Source: Mobula hypostoma | Lineage: Eukaryota | Direction of reading: 5' to 3' | Length of the DNA stretch: 64,000 nt | Assembly: GCF_963921235.1 (NCBI RefSeq) | Contig: NC_086108.1 | Span: forward strand, 76,820,001-76,884,000 | Part shown: one piece after another, positions 63,637 to 64,000 of the stretch | Numbering within the stretch: position 1 is the stretch's first letter | Layout: every line of letters starts with the position of its first letter | Program-made: the position numbers and the translations under genes | The notes under the pieces: generated by a model | Database searches by the model: none | Told to the model about the DNA's origin: nothing | Seen by the model: only the letters and a program-made list of their open reading frames with translations

Positions 63637-64000
63637 CAGTGGCATACAAAAGTTTGGGCACCCCGGTTGAAATTTCTGTTACTGTGAATAGCTAAGCGAG
63701 TAAAAGATGATCTGATTTCTAAAAGGCATAAAGTTAAAGATGACACATTTCTTTAATATTTTCAGCAAGATTACTTTTTTATTTCCATCTTTTACAGTTT
63801 CAAAATAAAAAAGGAAAAGGGCCCGAAGCAAATGTTTGGGCACCCTGCATGGCAGTACTTAGTAACACCCCCTTTGGCAAGTATCACAGCTTGCAAACGC
63901 TTTCTGTAGCCAGCTAAGAGTCTTTCAATTCTTGTTTGAGGGATTTTCGCCCATTCTTCCTTGCAAAAAAGACTTCTAGTTCTGTGAGATTCTCAGGCCT
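63637..64000 (-). mobile_element. Tc1 transposon of IR/DR type, one end (runs off the window)
   Basis: TA then CAGTGGCATACAAAAGTTTGGGCACCC. The direct repeat CAAA(A/T)GTTTGGGCACCC occurs at 63647-63663 and 63829-63845. The minus strand encodes a Tc1 transposase C-terminus (...LAGYRKRLQAVILAKGGVTKY). Confidence 0.88.

Overview
Eukaryotic, AT-rich, repeat-dense vertebrate DNA. The repeat repertoire (CR1 LINEs, Rex1/Babar LINEs, HE1/V-type SINEs, Penelope-like elements, Ty3/Gypsy and Tc1 relics) points to a cartilaginous fish, probably a ray; this is an inference. The only recognisable host coding sequence is one 130-nt internal exon of RNF220 (+ strand, 36792-36921), so the window appears to be two very large RNF220 introns. 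The introns alternate between piles of nested, mostly decayed transposons and transposon-poor blocks that look like conserved non-coding enhancers with PBX-HOX/MEIS motifs. Points worth follow-up: (i) Penelope-type minimal hammerhead ribozyme cassettes, including a 135-bp hammerhead-headed insertion with a perfect 14-bp target-site duplication; (ii) several unexplained, stop-poor decayed reading frames that may be viral or retroelement fossils (18555-19037, 4600-5175, 3450-3900, 11010-12240); (iii) candidate deeply conserved enhancers. I found no intact novel gene system. Most ORFs in the track are transposon-derived or spurious. All family calls are by-eye recognition, not database results.
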